NCBI GenBank assembly: GCA_913043205.1
Contig: CAJWLF010000001.1
Span: 128,032 to 192,031 of the forward strand
Length of the DNA: 64,000 bases
Direction: 5' to 3'
DNA from: an uncultured Chloroflexota bacterium
GTDB lineage: Bacteria > Chloroflexota > UBA11872 > VXNJ01
The notes below the pieces were generated by a model that was not told the origin of the DNA, did not search any database, and saw nothing but the letters and a program-made list of their open reading frames with translations. This document shows, one piece after another, positions 29,583-37,606 of the stretch (within the stretch, counting starts at the first letter, position 1; every line of letters starts with the position of its first letter). Made by a program: the position numbers and the translations under genes.

Positions 29583-30986
29583 TCATGAATCGTCAGATCT
29601 GATGCCTGCTTCGGTCATCGGTGCTGGGTCGAGAGCCTCATTTAGTTCATCATCTTGGATGTCGGTTAATCGTCTAGCTACTTCAGGTACACTTTCACCT
29701 GTTTTCACCGCCTCCTTAGCAATTTCAGCTGCACGCGCATATCCGATTCGAGGGGCCAGAGCTGTTGCTAACATAGTATTCCTGTCGAGCCAGAATTTAA
29801 TCATGCGCTCATCTGCCTCTAGGCCACTTACGCAATGTTCTGCAAAGCTTCGGGTGCCATTCCCTAGTATTTCAATCGACTGACATAAATTGAAGCCAAT
29901 TATCGGCATCATAACGTTGAGTTGAAGCTGGCCTGCTTCTGCAGCGTGCGAAATGGTGACGTCATTCCCTGATATTTGAAGGCAAATCATGTTCATGCAT
30001 TCAGCTAAAACAGGGTTCACTTTTCCGGGCATTATTGATGAACCGGGTTGTATTGCGGGCAATAGAATTTCTGCGAAGCCTGTTCTTGGCCCTGATCCTA
30101 ATAGGCGAAAGTCGTTGGCTATTCGCATAAGGTCTGTCGATAACGTTCTGAGCGACCCTGAAAGGTTAGCGAATCGTGACATGCTTTGCATAGAATAAAA
30201 TAGATTTTCAGAGCGTTTCACCGGTAATGCTCCGGATTCGCGAATAACCTCGATTATACGAGTCTGATATTTGGGTTCTGCGTTCAATCCGGTTCCCACA
30301 GCTGTTCCTCCAACGCTGAGTTCGCGGATCGGCATCTCGGCAGCTTGGATGATAGCCTTGTCTCTCCTGATCGCTTCGGCATATGCACCAAATTCTTGTC
30401 CAAGTCGTAGAGGGGTGGCATCTTGAAGATGTGTTCTCCCGGTCTTAATTATGTGATCCCATGATTTAGACTTATCCTCAAGTTCTTTTGCTAGTGTGTC
30501 TAAACCGTCATACAGTGTGGGCAATAAGCGAAGTGCCCCCAAAGCGATCGCAGTAGGAATGACGTCATTGGTCGACTGAGACATGTTGACATGATCGTTG
30601 GGATGCACCGGAGTGTATTCCCCTCTTGTGCCTCCCAGCGATTCATTAGCCATATTTGCCAGCAATTCGTTTGCATTCATGTTGTGGGAAGTACCGGCCC
30701 CGGCTTGGAATATATCAACTACGAATTGGTCATGATGCATTCCAGACAGGATTTGATCGGCTGCCGAGATGATTGCATCAGCTACCCTTGGGTCTAGTCG
30801 CTGATGCTCTTTATGAGTTACGGCGGCTGCTCTCTTAATTAAGACGGTTCCCCAAACAAAAGCCGAGTGAGGGCGAATTCCACTAATCGGAAAATTATGG
30901 ATGGCTCTCTGCGTCTGTACCCCGTACAGTGCTTCAGAGGGTACTTGTAATTCTCCTAGAGGGTCTTTTTCTGTTCTATAGCTCAT
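29583..30986 (-). CDS. Aspartate ammonia-lyase / class II fumarate hydratase
   Basis: YGVQTQRA, HPNDHVNMSQSTND, GRTHLQDA, GSSIMPGKVNP. QAGAGTS and EAGQLQLNV are AspA-like, so the substrate is ambiguous. Confidence 0.9.
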   Translation of the reverse strand: MSYRTEKDPLGELQVPSEALYGVQTQRAIHNFPISGIRPHSAFVWGTVLIKRAAAVTHKEHQRLDPRVADAIISAADQILSGMHHDQFVVDIFQAGAGTSHNMNANELLANMANESLGGTRGEYTPVHPNDHVNMSQSTNDVIPTAIALGALRLLPTLYDGLDTLAKELEDKSKSWDHIIKTGRTHLQDATPLRLGQEFGAYAEAIRRDKAIIQAAEMPIRELSVGGTAVGTGLNAEPKYQTRIIEVIRESGALPVKRSENLFYSMQSMSRFANLSGSLRTLSTDLMRIANDFRLLGSGPRTGFAEILLPAIQPGSSIMPGKVNPVLAECMNMICLQISGNDVTISHAAEAGQLQLNVMMPIIGFNLCQSIEILGNGTRSFAEHCVSGLEADERMIKFWLDRNTMLATALAPRIGYARAAEIAKEAVKTGESVPEVARRLTDIQDDELNEALDPAPMTEAGIRSDDS

Positions 30987-31080
30987 TGTTTGTCCTTGGT
31001 GCGTCCTGTTACGTATTTTGATTTCATGTACTTGTACAAGTACCAGTACGGCCTAGCCATTAAGATGTCGTGTATAGACC

Positions 31081-31157
31081 TGGTCGGGGCGACTGGATTT
31101 GAACCAGCGACCTCTTCAACCCCATTGAAGTGCGCTTCCGGACTGCGCCACGCCCCG
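31081..31157 (-). tRNA. tRNA-Pro(GGG)
   Basis: Reverse complement CGGGGCGTGGCGCAGTCCGGAAGCGCACTTCAATGGGGTTGAAGAGGTCGCTGGTTCAAATCCAGTCGCCCCGACCA; anticodon stem CTTCA/TGAAG, anticodon GGG, encoded CCA. Confidence 0.96.
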
Positions 31158-31197
31158 ATTTCACGATTATGTTACCAAAACAACCGACTCAGATTCG

Positions 31198-32196
31198 TCA
31201 GGTGGGTGGCATTTTTAGGACAGTAGATAGTGTTCTGTATCTGCGAAATAATGTCCAAGGTGTTTGTATTGGTTGCATTAAACTCCTGACCTGAGTCCAA
31301 TTAAGCGTGGCATTCGACTGAACAGATGACCTTTTAGACATAATTGACCTCATGTCCTTTATCGCGGATATTCGACCTCTAACTCCGGACAAGTCCCGTT
31401 GTGAGAGAATTGTGTATGGAAGTGATCCTAAGTCAAAGAACAATATTGCTGGCATGTATAGCAACAATAATTCGATGGGATAGTTTTTTGCGATAGTCCA
31501 GATCTTGTTCCTACCCAAATGGAAATTTTTGAATGGTGACCCTTCGAATGCTGTTGCTGAATGCTCATGCATGACGACGGCATCTGATATGTAAAGGCAT
31601 CGCCAGCCTTTTGACTGGGCTCTCCAAGCTAAATCGACGTCTTCCAAATAAGCGAAAAACTGTTCGTCAAATACCCCAATATCTTCAAATAACTTTCGGC
31701 GATAAAGTGCTGCCCCGCCGCACGGACCAAACACTTCGGCGTTGGGCCCAATCGTACGACTGCAGGAGTCTCGGTCCCAGGCAATTCCTGCTCGATCTAT
31801 TTCTATTCCGGTGGAGTTAACTATTTCGGGGCGATGAGCGAACATCATGCGGGAGGCAAACATACCGATATTTGGATGAGTGTTGGCGCTTGTTACTAGT
31901 GTTTTTAGCCATAAAGGGTCGGGACATGCATCGTTGTTTAACAAAGCTATCAAGTTTGATTTTGCTGCTACTATGCCAGCGTTTACTGCGGCTGAAAAAC
32001 CTTTATTTGCCGGCAGGGAAATTAATCGGACTTTGGGAAAGGAGGATTTCAATAACTCCGTGCTTCGATCTGCCGATGCATTATCTACAACAATTACTTC
32101 ATAGTTAATGCCTTGCTGGCTGGTGACCGATGGCAAATACTTCTCTAGGAGATTGGCCCCATTAAAATTGGCGATGATTATCGAGGCCTCAGTCAT
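31198..32196 (-). CDS. Glycosyltransferase family 2
   Basis: VVDNASAD, GFSAAVNAG, LLNND, FDEQFFAYLEDVDL. Confidence 0.92.
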   Translation of the reverse strand: MTEASIIIANFNGANLLEKYLPSVTSQQGINYEVIVVDNASADRSTELLKSSFPKVRLISLPANKGFSAAVNAGIVAAKSNLIALLNNDACPDPLWLKTLVTSANTHPNIGMFASRMMFAHRPEIVNSTGIEIDRAGIAWDRDSCSRTIGPNAEVFGPCGGAALYRRKLFEDIGVFDEQFFAYLEDVDLAWRAQSKGWRCLYISDAVVMHEHSATAFEGSPFKNFHLGRNKIWTIAKNYPIELLLLYMPAILFFDLGSLPYTILSQRDLSGVRGRISAIKDMRSIMSKRSSVQSNATLNWTQVRSLMQPIQTPWTLFRRYRTLSTVLKMPPT

Positions 32197-32287
32197 TTGT
32201 TATCCATTATGCACCCCTTAACCAGACTGGTGAGGTGCAAGTCGTCTTGATCCGGATAATGCGTAGGCATCTAGGTTATGAATTTCA

Positions 32288-32509
32288 TTATCCGGACAGT
32301 TTTACTGCTACGACTGAAAACAAGAAGAATAGGATTGAAATCGAAATTGTGAAGTTAAAAAGTAAACGGTCTAAGCCACGCCGGGTACTGTGAAAGGAAT
32401 CGCTCTGCCCGAATGCCCCACCCATGGAGGCATTTGAGCTTTGAAGTAGTACTCCACCGATCAATGTGACCGCAAGAATTACCTGCATTGACTCTACAAA
32501 AGTTTCCAA
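32288..32509 (-). CDS. secG: Preprotein translocase subunit SecG
   Basis: Two TMs, VLLQ, GGAFG loop, RRGLDRLL. TTG 32509 after GAGAGG. Confidence 0.88.
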   Translation of the reverse strand: METFVESMQVILAVTLIGGVLLQSSNASMGGAFGQSDSFHSTRRGLDRLLFNFTISISILFFLFSVVAVKLSG

Positions 32510-32559
32510 AAAAGCCTCTCTTTGTAAGTGTATCTCTGATTGTAACGTCAACAATGACC

Positions 32560-33777
32560 CTAGTGACGAGATTGAAGCCATTTAACTCCGTTAATTAATG
32601 CCTTATGCGAACCGAAACCGCCTGCTTTTGTAACGACAGGGATGTTGTCTGGGTCGCTGTTGAGAGTGACTCCACCGGGAATTCCTGGCTCCACGGGTGA
32701 AACTATTTTGATAGCTGAGGGCCTAACTGCCTTCATAACCAAATTTGCCGTTTCTCCACCGGTAAGTAACAAGCCTGGATTAGGAGCGTGTTGACATAAG
32801 TATTTTGTTGTTGCGACGATCCATTCTTCCAATTCCTGGACTGTGTCAGGTGTAATTAATTTCCTGCTGTGCCCGGGATAAGCTAGCCATAGACCGGTTT
32901 TCTCTAATGATTGTAGCGCTGATTCGATAGCTAAATCTGGAGTTCTATAATCTTCTAATGTAGGTGTGAAAGGCGTCAGTCCATATTCAGAAGCGATCGT
33001 GGCCACTTGTAGCCGAGTAGTTAATGTAAATGAACCGGCAACTATCACTATATTTTCTGCGGGATGGTAGTGGTTACTTTCTACCTCTTTCGAGTCTCCT
33101 AGTTTTGCTAGAGCTGTGGCTAATCCGGCCGATCCTGAGGCTAGTATGTTTTGTCCAGACTGTGATATCGCTAACGCGATGTTAGCCAGATCTGATTCTG
33201 TTTCAGCGTCGCAGATCGTGACGCGTGCACCAGTGGCTGACGCCGTTAGAATGGCATTCAATAGAGTTTTAGGATCGGATCGAATGGTTTTGAGTGGAAT
33301 CAACTCGGCACTTAATGCTGATGTGGACTCGATAAGGCGTACAACATTAGAGTCGGTTACAGGGAATTGAGGGTCTCGACTTGACTCTGTCTGAGTGACA
33401 GGAATCCCGTCTACATACAAAATACCACCTTTCATGGTTCTCTCCTGTGCTGGGTAAGCAGGTGCTAAAACGGCATTGTCTGACCCGAGAGTATTCATAA
33501 TGCTTTCTAGCTCTACGGCTACGTTCCCTCGAAGTGTCGAATCTATTTTTTTATAGAAATACATACATCTAGGCTTCATGGATTCAGCTAATTTACTGCT
33601 CAAAATTGCCGCATCCTTTGAAGTCATATGTCTACTGTTACTGCTGACGATTATCGCGTCACACTCCATGGTGGCGTTTGAGAGTCCGTACAGTGTTCGT
33701 TTGCCTGATCGAGCGAATTGCAATCCAGCGTCCATCGCTCCTGTAAAATCGTCTGCTAATACACACCATTCAATCAT
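32560..33777 (-). CDS. Four-carbon acid sugar kinase (DUF1537 family)
   Basis: ADDFTGAMD, KKIDSTLRGN, GSAGLA, TGGETA, VTKAGGFG. Confidence 0.9.
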   Translation of the reverse strand: MIEWCVLADDFTGAMDAGLQFARSGKRTLYGLSNATMECDAIIVSSNSRHMTSKDAAILSSKLAESMKPRCMYFYKKIDSTLRGNVAVELESIMNTLGSDNAVLAPAYPAQERTMKGGILYVDGIPVTQTESSRDPQFPVTDSNVVRLIESTSALSAELIPLKTIRSDPKTLLNAILTASATGARVTICDAETESDLANIALAISQSGQNILASGSAGLATALAKLGDSKEVESNHYHPAENIVIVAGSFTLTTRLQVATIASEYGLTPFTPTLEDYRTPDLAIESALQSLEKTGLWLAYPGHSRKLITPDTVQELEEWIVATTKYLCQHAPNPGLLLTGGETANLVMKAVRPSAIKIVSPVEPGIPGGVTLNSDPDNIPVVTKAGGFGSHKALINGVKWLQSRH

Positions 33778-33829
33778 CAGTCTTAAATCCTGTCTGATCT
33801 AAATGATCCAATGTGGAGTCCAGGTGGAA

Positions 33830-34600
33830 TTAGGCGGAGGCCACGGGATTCTGCAGCGTACCTATCCCTTCTACCTCCACCTCTACCAGATCTCCATGAT
33901 GGATCGGCCCGACTCCAGATGGAGTTCCTGTAACGATGATGTCTCCTGGCAAAAGCGTCATTATCGCACTGAGCTCAGATATAAGTTGGTCGACTGGAAA
34001 AATCAAGTCTGAAGTAGAAGAAGACTGTTTGACTTCGCCATTTACCCGAGTAGATAACTGGACTTGGGTGGGGTCTAAATTTGTTTGTATACATGGTCCG
34101 AGTGGCAAAAAAGTATCAAAACCTTTGCCTCTTACCCATTGCGTTTCCCTTTTTTGCCAATCCCTAGCGCTGATGTCGTTACCACATGTGTACCCGAAAA
34201 TGTACTTTAACGCCGTATCTACCGATACTTTGCTGCAGCGCTCTCCCATCACTACCGCTAGCTCACATTCATGCTCCACATGGTCTGAAGTCTCTGGCAG
34301 AATGATGGTCTCTTTTGGTCCGATAACACTAGTTGGAGGCTTGTAAAAAAACATTGGGAATTCGGGAAGAGCCATTCCCACTTCCTCCGCATGAAGTTTA
34401 TAGTTCAGTCCGACAGCGATGATCTTGGAAGGTGTTACGGGTGAACAAAGGTCTATATCTTGGATGTTTCCTACAATGGGTCCGACCTCGATGTTCGCAT
34501 AAGGGTTTCCATGCAAAAGAGCTACTGTGTCATCCTCTTGGTGTAGACCATAGTTTATCTCGTCGGCTCGGTCTTGGAATCTAACTATTTTCATAATCAA
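33830..34600 (-). CDS. Fumarylacetoacetate hydrolase family protein
   Basis: KIIAVGLNY..H, ECELAVV, NDISARD, GKGFDTF, TGTPSGVG. Confidence 0.92.
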   Translation of the reverse strand: MIMKIVRFQDRADEINYGLHQEDDTVALLHGNPYANIEVGPIVGNIQDIDLCSPVTPSKIIAVGLNYKLHAEEVGMALPEFPMFFYKPPTSVIGPKETIILPETSDHVEHECELAVVMGERCSKVSVDTALKYIFGYTCGNDISARDWQKRETQWVRGKGFDTFLPLGPCIQTNLDPTQVQLSTRVNGEVKQSSSTSDLIFPVDQLISELSAIMTLLPGDIIVTGTPSGVGPIHHGDLVEVEVEGIGTLQNPVASA

Positions 34601-34627
34601 AACCTTTTTGCAGTTGACGCCTAGTAA

Positions 34628-35452
34628 TCACCAGGCGTTTAGTAATTCGAGTGCTGATTCAAGGTAATCGTCTGGGCACTCTAAAACGGGGCACAAAGTT
34701 GGTTTAGGGGTCTCAGCGATATCACAATCGTCGATCATAAATTTCAGCTTGTCTGGATAATCATGTGATAAGTCATCGGGTCCTTTGACTACTCGGGTCT
34801 TAGCCGTGATCTCTGGAAGTAGCTGGCTAAGCACTGGCCAAGCCATTGACCGGGACCAGTTTGCGCTCGCCCCTCGATGGCAGTTCATTGCGATCGAAAT
34901 CAGGGCATCTTTCTGTTCCGGATTTGGTTCCCTGGCCAGATCTTTCATCACGATCGGTAGTAGTTCATCGAGGTTCCATCCGGTAGCTAAAGGAGTGGAG
35001 GATATTGGATGCAAAGAAACCTCTTCGGCAGTGCTTTGGAGGCCACAGTCTTTCTGGTATTCCTGAATTGATGCACCGATTTGATTAAAAGAGAACGGTC
35101 CTGACATTACCAATTTGTAGATCAGGGATGGGTATCTGGCTGCTAAACTAATTGCTACACCACATCCGGCCGCAGATGCCATCACACTACATCTAACTAC
35201 GCTTAGTTTATGCAATGCTTGCCGGATATCGTCTGCATGCCCATGAATGTCTGCCCCATCCGCTCGTTTTTCTGAACTACCGAATCCCCGCAAGTCGAAG
35301 GCAAGTGCTCGAAACTCCTCGGGCATTTTAGTTAATACAGGCGACCATATCTGTGATGATTGATGGTTGCCATGAATTAGTACAACTACGTGCAGGCCAT
35401 CACCGACTTCTTGGTACGAAAGCGATGTCTCCCGTACACTTATATTTGGCAT
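34628..35452 (-). CDS. Alpha/beta-hydrolase fold protein with degenerate catalytic triad
   Basis: LIHG and DLRGFGSS are present; ASAAG replaces GHSMG and the C-terminal His is absent. Confidence 0.8.
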   Translation of the reverse strand: MPNISVRETSLSYQEVGDGLHVVVLIHGNHQSSQIWSPVLTKMPEEFRALAFDLRGFGSSEKRADGADIHGHADDIRQALHKLSVVRCSVMASAAGCGVAISLAARYPSLIYKLVMSGPFSFNQIGASIQEYQKDCGLQSTAEEVSLHPISSTPLATGWNLDELLPIVMKDLAREPNPEQKDALISIAMNCHRGASANWSRSMAWPVLSQLLPEITAKTRVVKGPDDLSHDYPDKLKFMIDDCDIAETPKPTLCPVLECPDDYLESALELLNAW

Positions 35453-35453
35453 A

Positions 35454-36005
35454 TCAAATACCTCCGTCTTTTAGTACGGATATGGATGGCATATTTCTGT
35501 ACTGATGCTGGAAATCTAAGCCGTAACCGACCACATATCCTTCGAGTAATTCGAATCCTACATAGTCTAGGTGTACTTCTGTCTTCCTTTGCCTTTGCTT
35601 ACTAATAAGTGAGCAAAACTTCAGGGAAGCCGGGTTCTGTTTTGATAAGTGATCGACAAGATAGGTGGCTGTTGTCCCCGTATCCACAATGTCCTCAACC
35701 AGTACAACATGTCTATCACTGACTGTGCTTTCAAGGTCTCGCAGCATAGTTACCTGTCCGGTGGATTTGTTTCCGTGATAACTGGATATGGCAAGATACG
35801 CAATTTCTAATGGGAACTGGAGTTTTCTCATCAAGTCAGCGAGGAACGGGACGGATCCATTCAGAACTCCCACGAGTATTGGGTTTGCATTACTAAGATC
35901 TAGAGAAATTTCTTGTGCCAAGCGATCAACTACCGAAGCTATATGGTTCGCCGAGTAAAGTTCGTCCATTTCCGGAAACCCTAATGTCTGTGTTGCTGTT
36001 TTCAC
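35454..36005 (-). CDS. hpt: Hypoxanthine phosphoribosyltransferase
   Basis: VLNGS, ISSY, VEDIVDTG, VVGYGLD, YRN. Confidence 0.95.
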   Translation of the reverse strand: MKTATQTLGFPEMDELYSANHIASVVDRLAQEISLDLSNANPILVGVLNGSVPFLADLMRKLQFPLEIAYLAISSYHGNKSTGQVTMLRDLESTVSDRHVVLVEDIVDTGTTATYLVDHLSKQNPASLKFCSLISKQRQRKTEVHLDYVGFELLEGYVVGYGLDFQHQYRNMPSISVLKDGGI

Positions 36006-36014
36006 GCTCGCTCC

Positions 36015-36302
36015 CTACTTTGTTTTCCGTGATGATGTTGTTTCGGTGGTTGTGGATATCAACCAGTCACGCACTTTGTCAATTTGATCTATTGGGTTGG
36101 TTATCCATTTGCCTATGAGTGCCTCAATGTTGACGTGCACGCTCTCTGATTTCCGGGACGTCTTGCGTAAAGCCCGCCTTGTTATGGCTGTGGTTTCGAC
36201 AATCGTTATGCAAGCTAGAAATAATCCTATTGCGATACCTAGTAATGCCAGTACCGATAAAAACATCATAATAATTAACAGTGCACTTGATAGATCGGAC
36301 AT
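36015..36302 (-). CDS. Small single-pass membrane protein
   Basis: Long N-terminal hydrophobic stretch; packed tightly in the operon upstream of hpt. Confidence 0.55.
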   Translation of the reverse strand: MSDLSSALLIIMMFLSVLALLGIAIGLFLACITIVETTAITRRALRKTSRKSESVHVNIEALIGKWITNPIDQIDKVRDWLISTTTETTSSRKTK

Positions 36303-36304
36303 GG

Positions 36305-36568
36305 TTAGGAATGTCGCCTTTTTCGGTTCCGGCCACGTCTGCCTCGTCTTCGGTTTCGGCCTCTACCCCGGCCCCGACGGATAGTCTTGTCCTCATTGAA
36401 TTTTTCCGCTTTGGCAGCAGAACTGAGTATGCGATGTTCTATTCCTGAGGTCGCAGATAATAGTTTCCTGTATCCGATAATGCATCCAACGATGTTCCCG
36501 ATAGCTATGGCTATGCAACCTACTACAATCAATAATTGCCATGATTGATCGCTGTTCATTTGGTCCAC
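36305..36568 (-). CDS. Small membrane protein with Arg-rich C-terminal tail
   Basis: TM helix followed by RRGRGRGRNRRRGRRGRNRKRR; overlaps the upstream gene. Confidence 0.55.
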   Translation of the reverse strand: MDQMNSDQSWQLLIVVGCIAIAIGNIVGCIIGYRKLLSATSGIEHRILSSAAKAEKFNEDKTIRRGRGRGRNRRRGRRGRNRKRRHS

Positions 36569-36837
36569 CTGAACAGCAATGAAATAAGTTTTCTTACTGG
36601 GTTATTAGAGACGTATCTTGCCAAATCAAAAATCGTGGAGTCAGAAGCCGAGTCTGCGGCAGATTTGATTGTAGTTGCTGTGTCTGACATTGTTCGGATG
36701 ATCGGCCGTATTTCTTCTCTCACCATTGAAAGAAATCTCCATACGAAAAATGCGGTAATCGTCCCTATAACCAGGGTGAATAGGGATACGATGGCTAAAA
36801 CCACCACTGCCATGTCTCGAGCTTCTGAGACTGACAA
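36556..36837 (-). CDS. Small membrane protein (TM plus helical tail, DUF948-like)
   Basis: AAGGA SD before TTG; one TM then an amphipathic helix. Confidence 0.6.
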   Translation of the reverse strand: MSVSEARDMAVVVLAIVSLFTLVIGTITAFFVWRFLSMVREEIRPIIRTMSDTATTIKSAADSASDSTIFDLARYVSNNPVRKLISLLFRWTK

Positions 36838-37054
36838 ATCTAAATCCTTTTAACAATTTCTAGCATTCGATCTTCTGACTTTACTGTTACACGTCTAATG
36901 CTAGCGGCAATTCAAACCGAAACCGTCTTTAGATAGATAAGTCCAGATATCCGCTCGTGCCTAGCATTACCGGCCACTTATTCTAGCTATTGTACCCGGA
37001 CAACTAACCTATCGGACTGTTTTGGCAAAAATGTTTTACGGACCTATCGGCAAT

Positions 37055-37546
37055 TTAGACATGGTGTAGCATGGCTACCTCATCGCACCGGTCATACTTT
37101 GGGCACTTATAGCACTCAGACCATACTTTCTGGGTTAGTGTTTCGCGTGGCACTCGGACAAATCCATGCTGAGAGAAAAAGTCTTCTTCCAATGTTAGGG
37201 TGAAAACGCTGGGTATGCCTAAACGGCGGGCTTCATTTATACAGATTTGTACTAAAGTGCTACCTATGCCTTGGCTTTGATGTGATGGATGGACAGCTAG
37301 AGCGCGTAATTCCGCAATTTTTGGGGACATTATGTGAAGAGCTGTACAGCCCACTAAACGGCTGCTACTTTTGCAGACTTGATAATCCCGTATGTTTTCA
37401 AATAGCTCAGACTCTGTCCTAGGTAGCATTATGTCTGCTGAAGCAAATGGGGCGATCAAATTTTTGATAGCAGCAACATCGTATAGCGTAGCGGCCGTAT
37501 AGAGATATGATTCGGAAGGCATGGGTTTGTCTATGTTCTGGTCCAT
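37055..37546 (-). CDS. argA: Short GNAT-type N-acetylglutamate synthase
   Basis: MLPR..LFENIRDY, AELRALAV, QGIG, VFTLT, KVWSECYKCPKY..CDE. Confidence 0.8.
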   Translation of the reverse strand: MDQNIDKPMPSESYLYTAATLYDVAAIKNLIAPFASADIMLPRTESELFENIRDYQVCKSSSRLVGCTALHIMSPKIAELRALAVHPSHQSQGIGSTLVQICINEARRLGIPSVFTLTLEEDFFSQHGFVRVPRETLTQKVWSECYKCPKYDRCDEVAMLHHV

Positions 37547-37606
37547 TGGTTGATGCTAGCATAGAAAATATTTGGGGCTGTCATTTTTACTGACCTTTTT
37601 GCTTAG

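Noticed and set aside
31081-31157. Integrated element at tRNA-Pro
   Set aside because: No integrase and no duplicated tRNA 3' end seen in the window.
36124-36396. 90-aa acidic ORF overlapping two small membrane genes
   Set aside because: Alternative frame spanning two tightly packed, better-supported ORFs; no recognisable motif.
36989-37050. ACCTATCGG occurring twice downstream of argA
   Set aside because: Two 9-mers about 50 bp apart, with no further copies or structure; compatible with chance.
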